Origin: Corallochytrium limacisporum Hawaii
Taxonomy: Eukaryota > Protista > Pluriformea
Assembly (NCBI GenBank): GCA_002811645.1
Contig: PDIP01000142.1
Span: forward strand, 51,616-115,615
Direction of reading: 5' to 3'
DNA: 64,000 nucleotides
Shown piece by piece: positions 31,146 to 42,764 of this stretch; the stretch's first letter is position 1, and each line of letters begins with the position of its first letter. Under the pieces are notes generated by a model. That model was not told the DNA's origin. It made no database searches and was given only the letters and a program-made list of their open reading frames with translations. The position numbers were made by a program, and so were the translations under genes.

Positions 31146-32906
31146 TTACACCTTCAGACGGGCCATAACTTCGTTCAATTCCATCTCCAGGTCACCCTCA
31201 GTCTCAATCTTTGCCAACTGATTGGCTTCCAATTGCTTTCCACCATCACGATCCTTCTTTAGTTTGGTGATCTGGTCAAGTTTCTTCTTTAGGTTGCGCA
31301 CAAGCTTCTCATCAGCACTCAGTCCACCACCTCCGCCACCATTCTGAGCAGTGGGGAGGCTGCCTTGTTGTCCCTGAGGCTTAGTGCTAGCATTTTGCTT
31401 CTTAGCCTCCCGCTTCTTCCTGTTCTTCTCTGCCGCCTTTGTATGCGAAGTTGTCTGCTCCACTTTCTGCTTGGTGCCGTAGGAGGTGGAATTAATGAAT
31501 CCAGCAGACTGATGATCAGACTCATCATGTAGCTTGAAAGCAGGGGCACCAGACTTTCCACGCAAATGAGGAGGCACGTACGCACCCAGGGGTCTAGCCT
31601 TACCTGAAGCTTTGCTAGGTTCCTGTGTACCTTTCACAGCTGCCCCGATCGCGGGCTTCGCCAGACCAGGACTTGGCATCCACTGAACCTCAAAGAGTTC
31701 CTTGTAGTCCACAACACTTACCGCATCCTCCTTCGCGTAGTGCCAGATCGTGAAACCATTGGAAACTCGAAGGCGAGGGGAACATGTTGCAGTGAAGATG
31801 TGCCGACCATCTGGACACCATCCCCAATGCGTTGTATCCGTGGCGTACAATTCGCAATGTTTCTTGAGGTCTTGACGCAGCCAAATTTCCATTTGTCCCG
31901 GCAGAGCACCAAAGCCCGCGATGCAGATGATGTTACCCTGCGGATTGAATTTAACACAGTTCCGCTTGCCGGTTCCGAAATCAAAAACTGGCTCACCCTT
32001 CCCATTGAATAGCATCGCCTTGGAAGGTGCATTTCCATAAACTACGATGAACTCGTTGCTGCCAGGTGCGGGGTTCCACTGCATGTCATAGATAGGTCCT
32101 TCCTTGTCAAGATCCATACGACAGTCTACTGATCCTTGAGTCCCAAGCAGGTACAAGTTTGTCTCTCCATAGTACGATTTACCAGTCTGGTCAGCATCTG
32201 TGGCGGCCAAAACAAGTACGGAAGACCCAGATGCATTCCACTCATACCTCACCTTGTCCACCTTAAAGAATGATTTGTTACTGACCGGTGCATTGAATGC
32301 AGGATAGGTGTACATCCTCAATTTGGCGGGCTGACTCTTTTTAGGAGCAACAAATGTAACAACTCCGTGAGCTAGATTGCCGGATGGCAAAGAGATCGAG
32401 TAGCTGGTCAGTCCATCCAACTGCAATCGCTCCTTTGGGCCTTCCTGGGGAGCCTTAGGATCAATGAATTGAATCTCATTTGTGACCATTCGAGAGTAAC
32501 GTGACTCATCCTTGAGCCAGCCCGGCTCCCAATTCTCAGATTTGCGATCAATGTAGCTGAAAGCCAAGTTTCCATTCGTAGTGTCATACACGCGAACGTT
32601 GTCTTCTCCCTGCTCCTGGCCCTTGGACTTACTATACTGGCTCCATGTCATGATGTAGCCACCTTGAGGACTGAAGCACAGCTTCCGAACTCCTGCGGTA
32701 GGGATCGTCATCACAGGCTCCCAAGAACTGGTTGAGAGAACAACAACTTTCTCGAAGTTGCTGTAGGAGGCGAGTTTACCATCTCTGCTGAATGCAATGC
32801 TGCGAACATCCTTATGGGATAGGATATCCTTCCTTGAATCCTTTGTTATTCCGTAATGCTGGATCCCATCGCAGTCACGGGTAACAAGCTGCGGTTGGAA
32901 GGCCAT
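31146..32906 (-). CDS. EIF2A: Eukaryotic translation initiation factor 2A
   Basis: KSFFK, DQTGKSYYGE, KEGPIYD, AGFG, SPRLRVSNG, AYVPPHLR, C-terminal LEANQLAKI. Confidence 0.97.
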   Translation of the reverse strand: MAFQPQLVTRDCDGIQHYGITKDSRKDILSHKDVRSIAFSRDGKLASYSNFEKVVVLSTSSWEPVMTIPTAGVRKLCFSPQGGYIMTWSQYSKSKGQEQGEDNVRVYDTTNGNLAFSYIDRKSENWEPGWLKDESRYSRMVTNEIQFIDPKAPQEGPKERLQLDGLTSYSISLPSGNLAHGVVTFVAPKKSQPAKLRMYTYPAFNAPVSNKSFFKVDKVRYEWNASGSSVLVLAATDADQTGKSYYGETNLYLLGTQGSVDCRMDLDKEGPIYDMQWNPAPGSNEFIVVYGNAPSKAMLFNGKGEPVFDFGTGKRNCVKFNPQGNIICIAGFGALPGQMEIWLRQDLKKHCELYATDTTHWGWCPDGRHIFTATCSPRLRVSNGFTIWHYAKEDAVSVVDYKELFEVQWMPSPGLAKPAIGAAVKGTQEPSKASGKARPLGAYVPPHLRGKSGAPAFKLHDESDHQSAGFINSTSYGTKQKVEQTTSHTKAAEKNRKKREAKKQNASTKPQGQQGSLPTAQNGGGGGGLSADEKLVRNLKKKLDQITKLKKDRDGGKQLEANQLAKIETEGDLEMELNEVMARLKV

Positions 32907-33770
32907 GGTGGTTTTCTTGTGCGTTTATCCCTTCACACCCGCGCACCTATTCTTCCACCTATTTTCCAACGCCGTGATGCGGCATACGCCAATTGATACT
33001 GTGCACTATAATAGCCGAACAATAGGTCTAATCGAGAGCAGAACGTTCCTCATAGGCTTCAACAGAGCCAAGAGCCAAGGCAGTGAGCGCCAAGCCCAAG
33101 CAAACGCAAGGGTCGCGACTAAGATTTGGGCTTCAGAGGAAGCCATAACGTCTGTATACATACACACCAACTCCAGCAGCGACCTGACTGGCCGGTTTGC
33201 CGTTTTCCTTATCCCACCCAACCCCCCCTCTCTTTTCCGGGGCTAACCACGCGAACGCGTTTTGGTGGAGGGAAGACCGCCTCCTGAAAACACACACATT
33301 CCAAAACACACACAAAATTTTTCCGATTTTTTCCAAGAAAGTTTCCATCGAAACAAAAGGAGAAATTTCTTTGTTGGGTGGGAAGAGGGGAAGTGGGGGC
33401 TCACCACCATACTAAATATACTACAGACGTCTTGCAAACGGGTGGAGCATACCAAAGCCACTGCCTGGTTCCAGTGCCCTAGTAAATGGACCGAGGAGCC
33501 CACTCAGTTCGCAAAGATGGAGCGCAACGCTTTGTTACCGAGGCCTCCTCCGTACAAATGCATGAGGACCATCCGCAGTGCTTCCCGTAGGAGCCTTTTG
33601 GCAAGTAGCTATCGCAAACACTATATAGGTCTATTGCGTTATGATAGTGGTCATAAATCATTGTATGCTATACTGGTATTTGATGGGAGATAGTTGGTTC
33701 TCCCGAATGTGGACACAATTTGCAGCTAGTACCAATATTAATTTCGGGTCTCATTTAAAACTAAATCAAC

Positions 33771-34226
33771 ATGGGTCGCATGCACGCACCGGGCAAGGGT
33801 ATTGCCCGCTCCTCCATCCCTTACCGCCGCTCTGTCCCCAACTGGCTGAAGTTGAGCAGCGATGACGTTAAGGAGCTCATCTACAAGCTGGCCAAGAAGG
33901 GTATGGCTCCCTCACAGATCGGTGTTATTCTGCGTGACTCTCACGGCGTGGCTCAGGTCCGTAACGTTACCGGTAACAAGGTTCTGCGCATTCTGAAGGC
34001 CAAGGGATTGGCCCCTGATTTGCCTGAGGATCTGTACTTCCTGATTAAGAAGGCTGTCGCTGTCCGCAAGCATATGGAGCGCAACCGCTCTGACCGGGAT
34101 GCTAAGTTCCGCCTCATTCTCATCGAGAGCCGTATCCACCGTCTGGCTCGCTACTACAAGACCAAGGCTGTGCTCCCTCCTAACTGGAAGTACGAATCTG
34201 CCACTGCCTCCACCCTGGTTGCATAA
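33771..34226 (+). CDS. RPS13: 40S ribosomal protein S13 (uS15)
   Basis: [11 protein letters not shown]...[19 protein letters not shown]...[13 protein letters not shown], 151 aa. Confidence 0.99.
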   Translation: MGRMHAPGKGIARSSIPYRRSVPNWLKLSSDDVKELIYKLAKKGMAPSQIGVILRDSHGVAQVRNVTGNKVLRILKAKGLAPDLPEDLYFLIKKAVAVRKHMERNRSDRDAKFRLILIESRIHRLARYYKTKAVLPPNWKYESATASTLVA

Positions 34227-34586
34227 GTTCGGGAATAGCTACGGGATATCATCATCACATTTGCGTTGCACCAACGTTTACAAAAGCATCATCTTTGCAT
34301 CATCATTTCAAACTTTTAACAGAATAGTTCAACATACATTCACAAATTTGTGCTAATACAGACATCACGTCTAAAACATTTTACTTTTTAGCATGGTCAA
34401 ATGGACGCTTTCATTCTCCTACAACCTGTTTGTGGAAGCAGATTGATGCCCGTCACAACTATTTATTCACATCCGGAGTGCTTGTAAACTAACCTATTTA
34501 GGCGCGAAGGCACCCGCAGGTCCTTCGAGGCCGCCATCGCATGAAATCACAGAGGGTGTCTGTCAATCATATTTATTAACACGACA

Positions 34587-34940
34587 ATGAGTGACCTTGA
34601 TGGAGAAGAAGCAACCCGTGAGCGTCTAAAAGCCGCGGTATACTATGCTGTGGGACAGGGATGTGAGAGCTTGGCGCAGAGAAAAAGCTTAGTGTTTGAC
34701 AAGGACACAATGGCAGCCATTTCAGAGACGATCTGGAGTCAAATGCCGGTGCTCGGAAGTGATCTTGAAATGTTCGCCAAGCACGCTAAGCGCAGCACGG
34801 TAACCCCGGAGGACGTGCTACTACTGGCACGCAGGAACGACAAACTTCTCCTTAAACTGACGGCAATAGCACAACAAACATCAAAATCGTCCGCAGCAGT
34901 CCCGGCTGGTCCGGCGACAAAGGTGGCAAGAACAAGATAA
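34587..34940 (+). CDS. CENPS: Centromere protein S / MHF1 histone-fold protein
   Basis: RLKAAVYYAVG, DLEMFAKHAKRSTV..EDVLLLARRN. Confidence 0.95.
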   Translation: MSDLDGEEATRERLKAAVYYAVGQGCESLAQRKSLVFDKDTMAAISETIWSQMPVLGSDLEMFAKHAKRSTVTPEDVLLLARRNDKLLLKLTAIAQQTSKSSAAVPAGPATKVARTR

Positions 34941-35016
34941 TCCGGTGCAAAGAAAGCTACGTATGTAAATATGGACTATGTATGTAATGTACAAATGCAA
35001 TGTGCTATGTTATTGT

Positions 35017-36621
35017 TCAGAAAAATTCCTCGTCTGGGTCATCATCATCATCGACCTTGTCGTCCACCTCAAAATCGACATTGTCAACAAGTGCCTTCTG
35101 CAAATCTGTTCTAACGTTGCTGTTAAGGCGCTTACGTTTTAGGAAGCCATCAAATTCAAGATCGACGAGACCACCCTTTGATGCAATCTGTTTCTTTACC
35201 CGTGCAGCAAACTGCATTGAGCTTTCATTAGGGCGCCGGTGCTCAACCGGCATGTACCAGACATCAGCAACAACAGCCCATGTCGTCATCAATTTCAGAC
35301 AATGCTGGAAGAAGCTATCCTGCGAGGAGTCCCAGAAACAGTTGGCAAAGATCGGGTTGTACTTTATGGCCACGGGATAAACTGGCACTCCGACTTCGAA
35401 TGAGCCCTTCTTGAACATCATGACGCTAGTGTTGTTGATGCAGGTACCTTCGGGGAAAATCACAATGGGATTCTCATCACCTTGCTCACAGTGCTCCCGC
35501 AACTTCTTTGCAACTGCCGCGCGATCCTTCGATTCGGAACGATTGAACCAGATATGAGTCTGAGCGATAGACAAGGTAGATTGCAGCATCCCGATAAAGC
35601 CACCATGCGCCTGGCCCACCATGGAGTAGCATTGATCATTGGCAAGGATGATGCAGTCAATGGGACTAGTGTGATTTGCAACACAGATACTGCCACACTG
35701 TGGGCGATTCTGCACCTCGTGGTAACGGACAACTGCAGACCATGCAAGAACAAAGTGCCTGGCAACGATAAATGAGCAGAAGCGCTCAACTTTCCTGCGG
35801 AACCATCCCCTGGGAATCATGGCAATAATGCTGAAGAAAATGACGAAGAGAATCACCCCAACAAGGCCAAACAGGAAACGATACGGAAAGAGGATGAAGT
35901 ACCTAATGAATACACCAATGATGTACAATGGATACAACACCAATGGGATACTCTCTTCATCAAATTGATGAATATTGCGTCCCAGCAGATTCCATGTCTT
36001 TAGTTCCTCACTCTTGAAGCGCTTGGTGACCCGGTCATTCACAATTGCATTCATTCCATCCTGAACGAAGTCAATAATTAAACTAATGTTGAACTCACGA
36101 CGCAAGGTATTGTAAGATCGTACTCTTTTCAAAGCCCCTGCAAGCTCTTCTCGTCCCTCTCCGCTCTCTTCAACAGTAGTCTGTAAAGTCTGCTTGTACA
36201 ACCGTGAAGGAGCCAGGGCACCCCTGTGCCGCAGCAGTGCATCGGACTCTACCTCTGTGTCCGTCTCAGATGTTTCATGTCCAGCTGACTTCCGCTTATA
36301 ATTGTTACCATTGCTAGGGTTCATGGTGTTCGATTGTGAAAGTCGCCGCTCATACCGATGGATTCTGGATTTGCGGCGCTTGTGCCATCTGCTAGCAGTT
36401 GTGAGAATGCTTTCGAGGAGCCCAATGTACGTGTAGCGAAATCCGAAGCTCATACCCGTCAATGGTCCGATGAAGGGGAAAAGCAGGACCCATGGATGGC
36501 TGACCACAATATTGAAAGGTGTCAACAAATAATATGTGTAGAGGACATTCAAAGTCGAAGTAATGAGGACTTCTAACGAGAAGACCGTGGCCTCCGGCTC
36601 CGCGGATACACCCTCGTCCAT
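35017..36621 (-). CDS. ER glycerol-3-phosphate acyltransferase (GPAT3/4)
   Basis: ANHTSPID (HxxxxD), WFNRSE, FPEGTCINN, FKKGSFE, YPVAIKY. Confidence 0.95.
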   Translation of the reverse strand: MDEGVSAEPEATVFSLEVLITSTLNVLYTYYLLTPFNIVVSHPWVLLFPFIGPLTGMSFGFRYTYIGLLESILTTASRWHKRRKSRIHRYERRLSQSNTMNPSNGNNYKRKSAGHETSETDTEVESDALLRHRGALAPSRLYKQTLQTTVEESGEGREELAGALKRVRSYNTLRREFNISLIIDFVQDGMNAIVNDRVTKRFKSEELKTWNLLGRNIHQFDEESIPLVLYPLYIIGVFIRYFILFPYRFLFGLVGVILFVIFFSIIAMIPRGWFRRKVERFCSFIVARHFVLAWSAVVRYHEVQNRPQCGSICVANHTSPIDCIILANDQCYSMVGQAHGGFIGMLQSTLSIAQTHIWFNRSESKDRAAVAKKLREHCEQGDENPIVIFPEGTCINNTSVMMFKKGSFEVGVPVYPVAIKYNPIFANCFWDSSQDSFFQHCLKLMTTWAVVADVWYMPVEHRRPNESSMQFAARVKKQIASKGGLVDLEFDGFLKRKRLNSNVRTDLQKALVDNVDFEVDDKVDDDDDPDEEFF

Positions 36622-37702
36622 AGTGACTGTTTTGTTGCTGTCGATAATTTGGTGCTATACCTTTTTGATCTCAATCAGCTCAATATGATCCTGCATATAC
36701 GGTTCGAATACCTAATCGTACACGTAGGTAGCACCCTTGCACAACGACTCCTGGCCATCGACCGATGGCCTGTCCGAGGCGCCGGGCCTGCGAACGCAGG
36801 CTCATCAGTAGGACTTCCCCACCAGTATTGTACGGCACAATTATGTTTGGCTCCAACCCCCACTCCTCCGGCTACAATACCCCCGGCGTTACCAGTGATT
36901 TCCTCAATACTTAATGTATTAACAATTTTCAAAAAATCGAGGTGAGTGACAAGAACACACCTCTACGGGATAGACCTCTCCCACCGTCCGTGCATCCAGA
37001 CCCGCCCGTGCTGAGTCGAGATTCCCCACAAACTTCTACCCTCTTTCTCCCTCTCTCTCTCTCTGTGTTCTCACCTTAAAATCTCTTTGCTTCCCGCGGC
37101 AGCAAAGATCGAGAAAATTCCCCCACCACTTTACCTCTGCTTGTTTGTGAGAGTTGCGGCCGACGCGGCACTTCCTTAGTCATTGGTGGACACTGCACCA
37201 GCCCTCCATGAACAAGGCCAATTTTTCCCGCGCGAAAACTGGAACCCAACCACCTCTCCGGGTTGGCAATCGCTGCCATACGTGTGAGTAGTGCCAACCA
37301 CATTGAGTGTGGGCGAAACCGCTGGCCAAGAGTTAAAGGTTGTGGGTCTAGGCGCTTCAGTTCCTTTCTTTTCGTACAGCCAGCTGCCCCCGGGGGAGGG
37401 GGGGGCATTTACGCATTTAGTCCCCCCCATAGTATTCTGGTATTTGAGCGTCTTGGTGCCCACCCATATATAGTACGGGTATTGTTCGGACAGAGTATAT
37501 TTATATACTGAAATATCTGAAATCAGGAGATTGGAATTTCATCCGAAAGTCGCCCGGAGAGTCTGAATTGTTGGCTTTGATCTTGACCATGACGGTCGTC
37601 ATCATTCCCTGAATATCGGTAGCAAAAAGTAGAACACTATGCACTTCAATAAGATGCCTTGTACGCACGATAGAATATTCTTTAATGATATACCTAATGA
37701 GG

Positions 37703-38182
37703 CTAGTTGCGCCGCTTCTTGCCCTTGCGCTTCTTTTGGCTTGGCTGGTTCTGTTGTTGTTGTTGCTGCTGCTGTGGCTGTTCCTGCTCCTGCTGCTTAC
37801 TAGACCCTGGGTTGGCCTTCTTTCCTTTCTTGGTTTTCTTTTCACGTACCAACTGAGGTTGAGGTTCTTTTTCTCTATACACCTTGGCAACAAACTTGAG
37901 CAATTCGTATCGGTTCTTGTAGTTAGCGTTAACTTGCGTTCCATCATCAAACTGCATCTTGAACTTGATCCTCCCCTGTGTAAGAATGTCTCGAGGGTAT
38001 GTCTTGGCCTCACCTTTCATGTGTGTGACTCCTGCTTCCTTGAGATATTCAAAAGCCTTCTGGATTTCGGGTTCAACTACACATTCGGTTTTCTTGAGTT
38101 TCCGACCTTCCGCCCGACTCTTTGTCCGGTCGAAATAGGCAGGGTAGATGCATACCCAGCTGCTGGTATCTACTTCTGTCAT
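37703..38182 (-). CDS. SRP19: Signal recognition particle 19 kDa protein
   Basis: WVCIYPAYF..KSRAEGRK, KTYPRD..GRIK; polyQ and basic tail. Confidence 0.95.
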   Translation of the reverse strand: MTEVDTSSWVCIYPAYFDRTKSRAEGRKLKKTECVVEPEIQKAFEYLKEAGVTHMKGEAKTYPRDILTQGRIKFKMQFDDGTQVNANYKNRYELLKFVAKVYREKEPQPQLVREKKTKKGKKANPGSSKQQEQEQPQQQQQQQQNQPSQKKRKGKKRRN

Positions 38183-38887
38183 TCTACAGTTTTGCTTATT
38201 CAGAATTTAGTGACCTTTACATCACTTCAAGATCTCATGTGCTATCAGATCCGTGCATTGAAATAAGTGACTGTCCAGTTTGCTTGTTGTTGGTTCGATG
38301 GTATGGTTCGCGCAGTTCTCCATATGGTTGGGGGAAGCGGGGAGGGGCAGTCCCACTTCCACACACAAACACACACAGGCAAACAAGAACAGAAAGGATT
38401 CTCCCCGCCTGGCTAGCATTGAAATGCGAATAAAGGTCCGGATATCTACATCGAAGTATTCAATAATTGATCTGTTTTCCTAACCCACTGTCTCGGTCGA
38501 CCGGCCGGGGCAGCCAATCGCTGGACGTTAACTGCGGGCCTCCCAGGCGATGCATCCCCCTTACCGGAAGGTCGTCGTGCAAACAGCCACTGTATTTTCC
38601 CAAGTCCTTTTTGACCCAAAGTGTGTCCCGACGGAGGGCTACTCTCAGCCATTGATTAAGTATTGTCAGGGTGGTTCACGTGAAACGTCGGAAGGGAGGA
38701 CACACAGGGCTTGAATATCTAAGGTTTGGAGCAGGACGACCGTGCCGTTGATGGGTGGGAATGAGGTCATGATGTTGACTTCTCGAGTTACTTGACAGGT
38801 GTAAGTATCTGATCATGGGTATGCTTGATAAGGTTCCACAGCACCGGAAAAGGGAAACGTGCGGGCAGGTAACAGACCATAGCCAAC

Positions 38888-39907
38888 ATGCCGCACGCCG
38901 TGGTAACAGGAGCGAATAGTGGCCTTGGGTATGCAATCTGCGAACGCCTGCTCCAGTTGAATGAGAACTGGACCGTTACTATTTGCTGTAGGAATCCTAA
39001 AAAGGCTGAGGATACAGTGAAGGCACTGAATGAGCGGTATGGACCCAAGGTTGATGCTGTTATTCTTGATGTGTCCAACCCGAAGTCTGTGATTGATGGC
39101 TGTGACATCCTGCGGGCAAAGTGCCCCGAGATTCATTGCCTGTATCTCAATGCTGGAATTCTTCCGACAACTGGCTTTGGATTTAAGAAACTGATGGCAA
39201 TGCCCCTCAACCAGGCATTCACAGCTCTGCAGACCGGTGGTGGTATTCTGAACGAGTATGACTGGCAAACAGACGACCACATCCAGGCTGTGTATGCCAC
39301 TAATGTACTGGGTCATTTCATGATGGTGCATCTTTTGATCAACGAATTGAAGCCGGGTTCTAAGGTGATTTGGACATCATCAAACGCCGCCACGTCCAGT
39401 TGTTTTGACGTCCGCAACGTTGAGCACAAGTGTATGAATTTCCCGTACGAATCATCTAAACGGTGTATTGACATTATGTGCCCGGTGTTCAATAAGGCAC
39501 TTGAGCACAAAGGTATTGATACCTTCGTTTTCTGTCCAGGTGTGGTAACCACTAACATGACCTATGATTTTCTGGGATTCCTATGGAACGTTGTTCTTCC
39601 CATCTTCGTGCTCTTGCGGATCATTCTACCAAACCTGACAATCTTCCCCGCGGCCGGTGCCGAGGCACCTATATTCCTGCGAAACAAGGATGAGACCGCT
39701 CGTTCAGTCGCCAAGAAGTTCCATAGCCGGGCTAACCCACTTGGCCATTGCAGTGTTTACGTAGAAGAGCTACAAGTTGATCAAGCTGAAGCTGAAGACG
39801 CATATCTAGAATCTCTGTCGATTGCACATCGCTTTACCCCAACTATGAGAAGTTTGCTGGATGCCGGTGCAGGCACTAGTCCTCGCTCAGATAAAGAGAC
39901 ATCGTAA
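38888..39907 (+). CDS. HSD17B7: 3-keto-steroid reductase (HSD17B7/ERG27 family SDR)
   Basis: VTGANSGLGYAICERLL, LYLNAGI, TNVLGHF, IWTSS, YESSK (YxxxK), CPG...TNMT. Confidence 0.92.
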   Translation: MPHAVVTGANSGLGYAICERLLQLNENWTVTICCRNPKKAEDTVKALNERYGPKVDAVILDVSNPKSVIDGCDILRAKCPEIHCLYLNAGILPTTGFGFKKLMAMPLNQAFTALQTGGGILNEYDWQTDDHIQAVYATNVLGHFMMVHLLINELKPGSKVIWTSSNAATSSCFDVRNVEHKCMNFPYESSKRCIDIMCPVFNKALEHKGIDTFVFCPGVVTTNMTYDFLGFLWNVVLPIFVLLRIILPNLTIFPAAGAEAPIFLRNKDETARSVAKKFHSRANPLGHCSVYVEELQVDQAEAEDAYLESLSIAHRFTPTMRSLLDAGAGTSPRSDKETS

Positions 39908-39920
39908 AGAATTTAGTTCA

Positions 39921-40634
39921 TCATTTTGTGACGTATCCATACAGGAAGGGGTTAAGCAACTCATACGGATAGCGCACGTACTCAAAATGCATGTCTGACC
40001 AGTGCAATTTTCGGAAGGAATCCTCTGTATCCCGATCTGGATGACAATTGTCCCCCAGGAGCTTCCAAGCAGGCTTTACGAATTCCTGGATGCGACGGCG
40101 CAAACTGGCTGGATCATCACCGACATGTTCGACAAACAGAAACTTACCACCCGGCTTGAGCACATCATAAACTTCCTGTAAAGTTTCCACTTGGTCAGGA
40201 ACAGAGCACAGCACAAGGGAGGAGATCACATAGTCGAAACTACCTTTCTTCAAAGCACCGGTCTCGAAAGCGCCGTGAATTGTGTCGTGAATGATGTCAA
40301 CCTTTCTTGTCCATTTTTTACTGTCTACGTAATCTGTTAGTCCCGGAAGCATTTCACGGTTCGGCTCCACCAAGGCCATAGTGGTAACAGCATCCTTGTT
40401 CAGATAGGCCAGCGACGGTTCAGGCCCACACCCGAACTCTAGAACCCTTCCAGATACCTGCCCGAAGAGCGGCTCCTTGATTGGCTTGAGTCTCGCATCA
40501 ATTGCAGGCCCTATCAAAGACCACGCTCTAGCAAAGAATAACTTCCTAGCGTCTTCACTCTGCGACAAGTAGCCGGTGAACACCGCAATAAGCGCAACCA
40601 AATAAATCACCAGCCTTCCAACCCCTGCCATCAT
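39921..40634 (-). CDS. METTL7/TMT1-like SAM-dependent methyltransferase
   Basis: N-terminal TM, VLEFGCG, VEPN, LVLCSV, LKPGGKFLFVEHV, CHPDRDT. Confidence 0.9.
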   Translation of the reverse strand: MMAGVGRLVIYLVALIAVFTGYLSQSEDARKLFFARAWSLIGPAIDARLKPIKEPLFGQVSGRVLEFGCGPEPSLAYLNKDAVTTMALVEPNREMLPGLTDYVDSKKWTRKVDIIHDTIHGAFETGALKKGSFDYVISSLVLCSVPDQVETLQEVYDVLKPGGKFLFVEHVGDDPASLRRRIQEFVKPAWKLLGDNCHPDRDTEDSFRKLHWSDMHFEYVRYPYELLNPFLYGYVTK

Positions 40635-41036
40635 TGACGATTGGTGGGTTGGAAAAGAGAATAAAACTTGCCTACTACTTCAACGAAAGGTAAATTTTAA
40701 GTTTCACCAAGGTGTGACTCATATTTGGAGAGATCATCCCCTGAAATACCGCTGCGGCTGCACCGTAAGAAGACCACTCCACCGCCAACCTTTTTCATTC
40801 TCTGCACGCTGTCGCAGGGCCCGCCCCGCTGCAATTCCGCTTCTGGTGACGACCTGGATGAGAGGGGATCCCACCGGTGGGTGAGGAGGGGAGATTGGCG
40901 AATACAGGCTTTCTGTGATGTGCGATCGTACCCTATGAATAGGACATGATTTTCCGTGATTGCATGCTAACGAGTCTTTTTTAGCGGATGCATAATATAC
41001 ATGTATTTTGATTCCCTTGTGATGTGAGTTACTGTT

Positions 41037-41669
41037 CTATGATGATGCCTGAACCAGATGGCAGCCAAGAAGTCCTCTTCCGGACCACTTGTGAGGCCGG
41101 AGGTTGATTGAGAGTGGGCTGCCATCTCTCAAGACACCGACGGCTAATATTTCGTTTTCAGCATGCTGAACCACAGTCGCAACATCTGTCAGTTGCTTGA
41201 AGCTATTTTCAGTCAGCGTACCAAACTGGAACACTAGATCGCCTGCTTGCAGTCCAGCCTCAGCAGCTGGAGAGTTGGCCGCGACATCATTCACCTTCAG
41301 GAAAGCGTTCCCGATACTGTACTCCTTTACTGCAGGCTTTGGTTTCCTCTCGACACGTTCTCGTGTGCTACTGCCACCTGCAACGCCAGCTGATTCTGCC
41401 GACCGCGCTTCACAAGACTGGGCATGGATGTCATGCAAAGCCTGCTCCAGCTTCTTCATAACCTCCACGTGATCATTGCCAAGGCAGATAATATTGTGTC
41501 GTGCATGCCGAATCTGATACAGGTCAATGTCCGCCCTTGGGAATCCCTCTGCATCCAATAGAGGTGTATTCATGTCCACCCCCTGAGATTTCAAAATGCC
41601 ATGGTATTCCTCGATCTTCTCTTCTATGCCCTTTCGTTGCTCCAAGAGTTCCCGAACCTCGTCATTCAT
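41037..41669 (-). CDS. PSMD9: 26S proteasome assembly chaperone p27/Nas2
   Basis: LLDAEGFPRADIDLYQIR..R..IICL.ND, PDZ-like SPAAEAGL, WSGRGLLGC. Confidence 0.96.
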   Translation of the reverse strand: MNDEVRELLEQRKGIEEKIEEYHGILKSQGVDMNTPLLDAEGFPRADIDLYQIRHARHNIICLGNDHVEVMKKLEQALHDIHAQSCEARSAESAGVAGGSSTRERVERKPKPAVKEYSIGNAFLKVNDVAANSPAAEAGLQAGDLVFQFGTLTENSFKQLTDVATVVQHAENEILAVGVLRDGSPLSINLRPHKWSGRGLLGCHLVQASS

Positions 41670-42752
41670 GTTCACTGGGTCTTTTTCTATTAAAACTGAC
41701 TGGAGACAATTTCTGAATATATGTGTTCGAACATCTGTTCATACTATGCGAACTATGAACAACATTGTTTTTCCTTGTACCTGTTGTTGCGACCGATGGT
41801 TCCGGAAGATCAACTCCCCTACAGTCTCGCCCTGCCCGCCCCGTAGGGGCGGGCGTTGGTCGTAAGCCCAATGAACCGCACACATTCCAAATCGGCCACT
41901 CTGTTCTATCTAATTTAGGGCTCCGCTTTTTTGTGGGGTATTGATCAATATTATATCGAAAATAAATGAAGTCACTCTACTCTGCACTGGCGCGTATTGT
42001 CAGTGCACAAGGTGAGCCACTTGTGCACGCAATCGAGATGAATTGAAGAACAGGCCCAACGGCTTGGGAGAGCAGATCATTGGAGACCGTTTCGAAGTTT
42101 AATCTGTGAGAAAGTTTACATGGTACCACAGGATTACCGCAGGCAATCCTAAGACCCGTATATGTGAAGAAGATGCCATGAATCTGGCGGGCAGATGGCA
42201 CCCATCATCACCCCGACCACCACAGCGACATCTCCACCTTCTAATTTTGGAATCAAATTGGCGGAGCTACCAAACACAACCGCATTGGAGCAGAGATACC
42301 GGGATAACAACCGCACGAGCACACCGATATACAAGATCCGATCAACGCATTCCTTAGTCCTCTCACACAGCTACCTGTGGTGAGCTGCAATGACATTTAG
42401 AAGATGTGGACCTGATACGCAAAAGCCATCTTCAAACCATAGCCTGCGTACCGGCACGTCACTCTGAAACGCCTCTGCTGGTTTTCTCTCTGGCATCCTG
42501 TACTGTGTTCGATCATGGGCACAAACCTATTTAGTCATCAAGTCTGTCGGTTCATCTTGCTGAATACTACAGAGACACATGTGCTGGATAGTAGTACCAC
42601 TTGCCATAGTTTCGGGCCCGCCGGCGCGGCTGGCTCGGTGCCTCTCCATCTCCGCCTGCCCACTGCCGCTCCGCCGCCCAAAGAGGCCATGTACACAGTA
42701 AATGTACATTTCCCTGGCAATGCGCCCCCCCCCTCTTCTGAACTAGTCCGCG

Positions 42753-42764
42753 NNNNNNNNNNNN
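42753..42764. other. Small assembly gap
   Basis: N run next to a C homopolymer. Confidence 0.99.

Noticed and set aside
37685-38266. Hydrophobic poly-Leu ORF resembling a membrane protein
   Set aside because: Reverse complement of the SRP19 polyQ/Lys tail.
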